Of a DNA stretch of 64,000 bases, positions 60,913 to 64,000 are shown piece by piece. The position numbers were made by a program, and so were the translations under genes. Source of the stretch: Mycoavidus cysteinexigens. GTDB lineage: Bacteria > Pseudomonadota > Gammaproteobacteria > Burkholderiales > Burkholderiaceae. The stretch covers positions 117,982-181,981 of the forward strand of contig JASSUG010000003.1 of the NCBI GenBank assembly GCA_031963465.1, read 5' to 3'. The notes under the pieces were generated by a model. That model was not told the origin of the DNA. It worked only from the letters and a program-made list of their open reading frames with translations, and made no database searches. Numbering within the stretch: the stretch's first letter is position 1; each line of letters begins with the position of its first letter.

Positions 60913-61404
60913 ATGAAGCACATCATTTCTATTTTGCTAGAAAACGAGCCCGGTGCATTGTCGCGCGTGGTTGGGCTTTTTTCCGCACGCGCATACAATA
61001 TCGAAACACTCACGGTAGCGCCAACGGCAGATCCTTCGCTATCACGCATGACCTTGGTGACGGTTGGCTCGGAAGATATTGTTGAACAAATGACCAAACA
61101 TCTCAACCGCTTAATTGAGGTTGTGAAGGTCATTGATTTGACGGCTGGCGCGTATCTTGAGCGTGAGTTGATGCTCATCAAAGTCAGAGCAGTAGGCAAA
61201 GAGCGCGAGGAAATAAAACGCATGGCTGAGATTTTCCGCGGCCGCATTATTGACGTAACGGATAAAACCTACACGCTTGAATTAACCGGCGATAGTGGCA
61301 AGCTTGATGCTTTTATCGACAGCATTGAGCGCAGCCTGATTTTAGAAACAGTCCGCACCGGCGCTTCAGGCATTGGACGTGGCGAGCGTATTCTCAAACT
61401 TTAA
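60913..61404 (+). CDS. ilvH: acetolactate synthase small (regulatory, ACT) subunit
   Basis: 163 aa. ENEPGALSRVVGLFSARAYNIE. Confidence 0.92.
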   Translation: MKHIISILLENEPGALSRVVGLFSARAYNIETLTVAPTADPSLSRMTLVTVGSEDIVEQMTKHLNRLIEVVKVIDLTAGAYLERELMLIKVRAVGKEREEIKRMAEIFRGRIIDVTDKTYTLELTGDSGKLDAFIDSIERSLILETVRTGASGIGRGERILKL

Positions 61405-61433
61405 ATGGCTTGAAATTTTATAAGGAAATATGA

Positions 61434-62450
<1,017 letters not shown>

Positions 62451-62457
62451 ACGACAT

Positions 62458-63102
62458 ATGAACTATCCTCACCCAATTATTGCCCGCGAAGGCTGGCCTT
62501 TTTTGTTATTTATCGCGGTTTTGACGCTCGTCGTGCAAATCTTTGCCGGTTTTGCGTGGTCTTGGCCACTTTGGCTGCTGACCGCATTTGTGGTGCAATT
62601 TTTCCGCGATCCGCCTCGCCCGATTCCAAGCCAAGCTAATGCCGTGCTCAGTCCTGCTGATGGCCGCGTGGTGGCGGTGCAAACTTGCCGCGACCCCTAC
62701 GCTGAGCGTGAAGCATTGATGATTAGCGTATTTATGAATGTTTTCAATGCCCATTCGCAGCGCTCGCCGGTCGATGGCGTGATTAAAAGAGTGGCTTATT
62801 TTCCTGGGGCATTTTTCAATGCAGCGCTGGATAAATCCTCGCTTGAGAATGAGCGTAATGCGTTGGTGATCGAAACAGAGGCAGGACAAACCGTGACTGC
62901 GGTTCAGGTCGCCGGACTCGTGGCGCGCCGGATCCTGTGCTATGTGACGACAAATGAGTCGGTTAAGCGCGGTCAACGTTACGGTTTTATCCGCTTTGGC
63001 TCGCGTGTTGATGTGTATCTGCCACTTGGCAGCCGCCCAAAGGTTGCGATTGGTGAGAAAGTATTTGCTACTTCGACTATTCTGGCTGAATTGGAGTCTT
63101 GA
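62458..63102 (+). CDS. psd: phosphatidylserine decarboxylase proenzyme (short form)
   Basis: 214 aa from the ATG at 62458. Self-cleavage context FGSRV near the C-terminus. Confidence 0.85.
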   Translation: MNYPHPIIAREGWPFLLFIAVLTLVVQIFAGFAWSWPLWLLTAFVVQFFRDPPRPIPSQANAVLSPADGRVVAVQTCRDPYAEREALMISVFMNVFNAHSQRSPVDGVIKRVAYFPGAFFNAALDKSSLENERNALVIETEAGQTVTAVQVAGLVARRILCYVTTNESVKRGQRYGFIRFGSRVDVYLPLGSRPKVAIGEKVFATSTILAELES

Positions 63103-63131
63103 AGAGGTCGACCAAGCACCCCCTACCTAAT

Positions 63132-63163
63132 CTAGGGACTTGTGGCACGCCCCAAGTCCCTAG
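63132..63163. other. 11-bp perfect hairpin in the psd-pssA spacer
   Basis: ctagggacttg (63132-63142) and caagtccctag (63153-63163) with a 10-nt loop. No T-tract follows. Confidence 0.5.
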
Positions 63164-63223
63164 CCCAAAGGTATCGCGTAACCTGAAATGTTAGATCAGC
63201 TGCGCTTTTTTAAAGGAATTTGA

Positions 63224-64000
63224 ATGTCTGCTTCCAAGCTGCGCCGCATACGCCAAAACGGTACATTTTTGCCGCGCTCGCTTCGCCATCAAGCCGAAGG
63301 CGAGGTTGATAATGAAGATACGCTAAGGCTTGAGCGTCAACGGCGCTTACGCAAACGGGGCATCTATTTGTTACCGAATGCATTTACTACGGCGGCGCTT
63401 TTTTGCGGATTTTTTGCCATTGTGCAGGCGATGAATCAGCAATTTGAAATGGCTGCGATTGCGATTTTTGCAGCTATGGTGCTCGATGGGATGGATGGCC
63501 GGGTGGCGCGTATGACAAAAACGCAAAGTGCCTTTGGTGAGCAATATGACAGCATATCCGATATGGTGTCATTTGGTGTGGCGCCTGCGCTAGTCATGTA
63601 TGAATGGGCCTTAAAGGATTTAGGGCGTTGGGGCTGGCTCGCGGCCTTTGTCTATTGTGCGGGCTCGGCATTACGACTAGCGCGCTTTAATACCAACCTG
63701 AACAAAATCGACAGTCGTTTTTTCCAAGGTTTGCCAAGCCCCGCCGCGGCTGCCTTAATTGCGGGTTTTGTCTGGCTGGTGATTGATAACCGGATTCCGA
63801 TGAAGCTCAACTGGCTGCCTTGGGTCGCCTTTACGTTGACGCTTTATGCCGGCATCACAATGGTCTCAAACGCACCCTTTTACAGTGGCAAAACCCTAGA
63901 CATCCGGTATCGTGTGCCATTTGGGGTGATTTTGTTGGTGGTGCTGGCTTTTGTGCTAGTGTCGTCCGACCCACCGATTATGTTGTTTGGCTTATTTGTT
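63224..64000 (+). CDS. pssA: CDP-diacylglycerol--serine O-phosphatidyltransferase, 5' part (runs off the right edge)
   Basis: ATG at 63224. The frame is open to the end of the window. CDP-alcohol phosphatidyltransferase motif DGMDGRVARMT...G...DS..D. Absent from the ORF track because it is open-ended. Confidence 0.85.
   Translation, partial: MSASKLRRIRQNGTFLPRSLRHQAEGEVDNEDTLRLERQRRLRKRGIYLLPNAFTTAALFCGFFAIVQAMNQQFEMAAIAIFAAMVLDGMDGRVARMTKTQSAFGEQYDSISDMVSFGVAPALVMYEWALKDLGRWGWLAAFVYCAGSALRLARFNTNLNKIDSRFFQGLPSPAAAALIAGFVWLVIDNRIPMKLNWLPWVAFTLTLYAGITMVSNAPFYSGKTLDIRYRVPFGVILLVVLAFVLVSSDPPIMLFGLFV

Overview
This 64-kb window looks like a betaproteobacterial chromosome segment. The gene content and order are Burkholderiaceae-like: prlC-folD, aceE-aceF-lpd, aroC, panDC-scpA, tamAB, metG, apbC, dcd, argH, hemCDXY and ilvIHC-psd-pssA. 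By eye the core is a little over 50% G+C. Three lower-GC accessory patches interrupt it. (i) 12.1-16.5 kb holds an IS5-type transposase remnant, an AbiEi/AbiEii toxin-antitoxin pair, an ORF-containing group II intron, an inverted-repeat (IR)-bracketed AT-rich element and an ABC-ATPase gene stub. (ii) 26.0-38.5 kb holds a 3089-aa CdiA/FhaB-family two-partner-secretion exoprotein (TpsA). It has no signal peptide and no neighbouring TpsB/CdiB transporter. It ends in an AT-rich polymorphic toxin tip, followed by an internally duplicated candidate immunity gene and an IS66-family element with a perfect 8-bp target duplication. (iii) 41.4-48.7 kb holds a ligand-depleted Cu/Zn-SOD-like lipoprotein, a low-GC MATE-like transporter with a disordered N-terminal extension, a tmRNA 3'-end scar, a transposase remnant and a complete lasso-peptide cluster (A1-A2-B-C-D). 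The cluster has two tandem 44-codon precursor genes, one of which is too short to appear in the ORF track. The lasso cluster and the orphan CdiA toxin/immunity module are the most interesting items. No complete tRNA or rRNA gene and no CRISPR array was seen. All functional calls come from reading motifs in the supplied translations and sequence. No database search or folding program was run, so family names are recognitions from memory and boundaries of non-coding elements are approximate.
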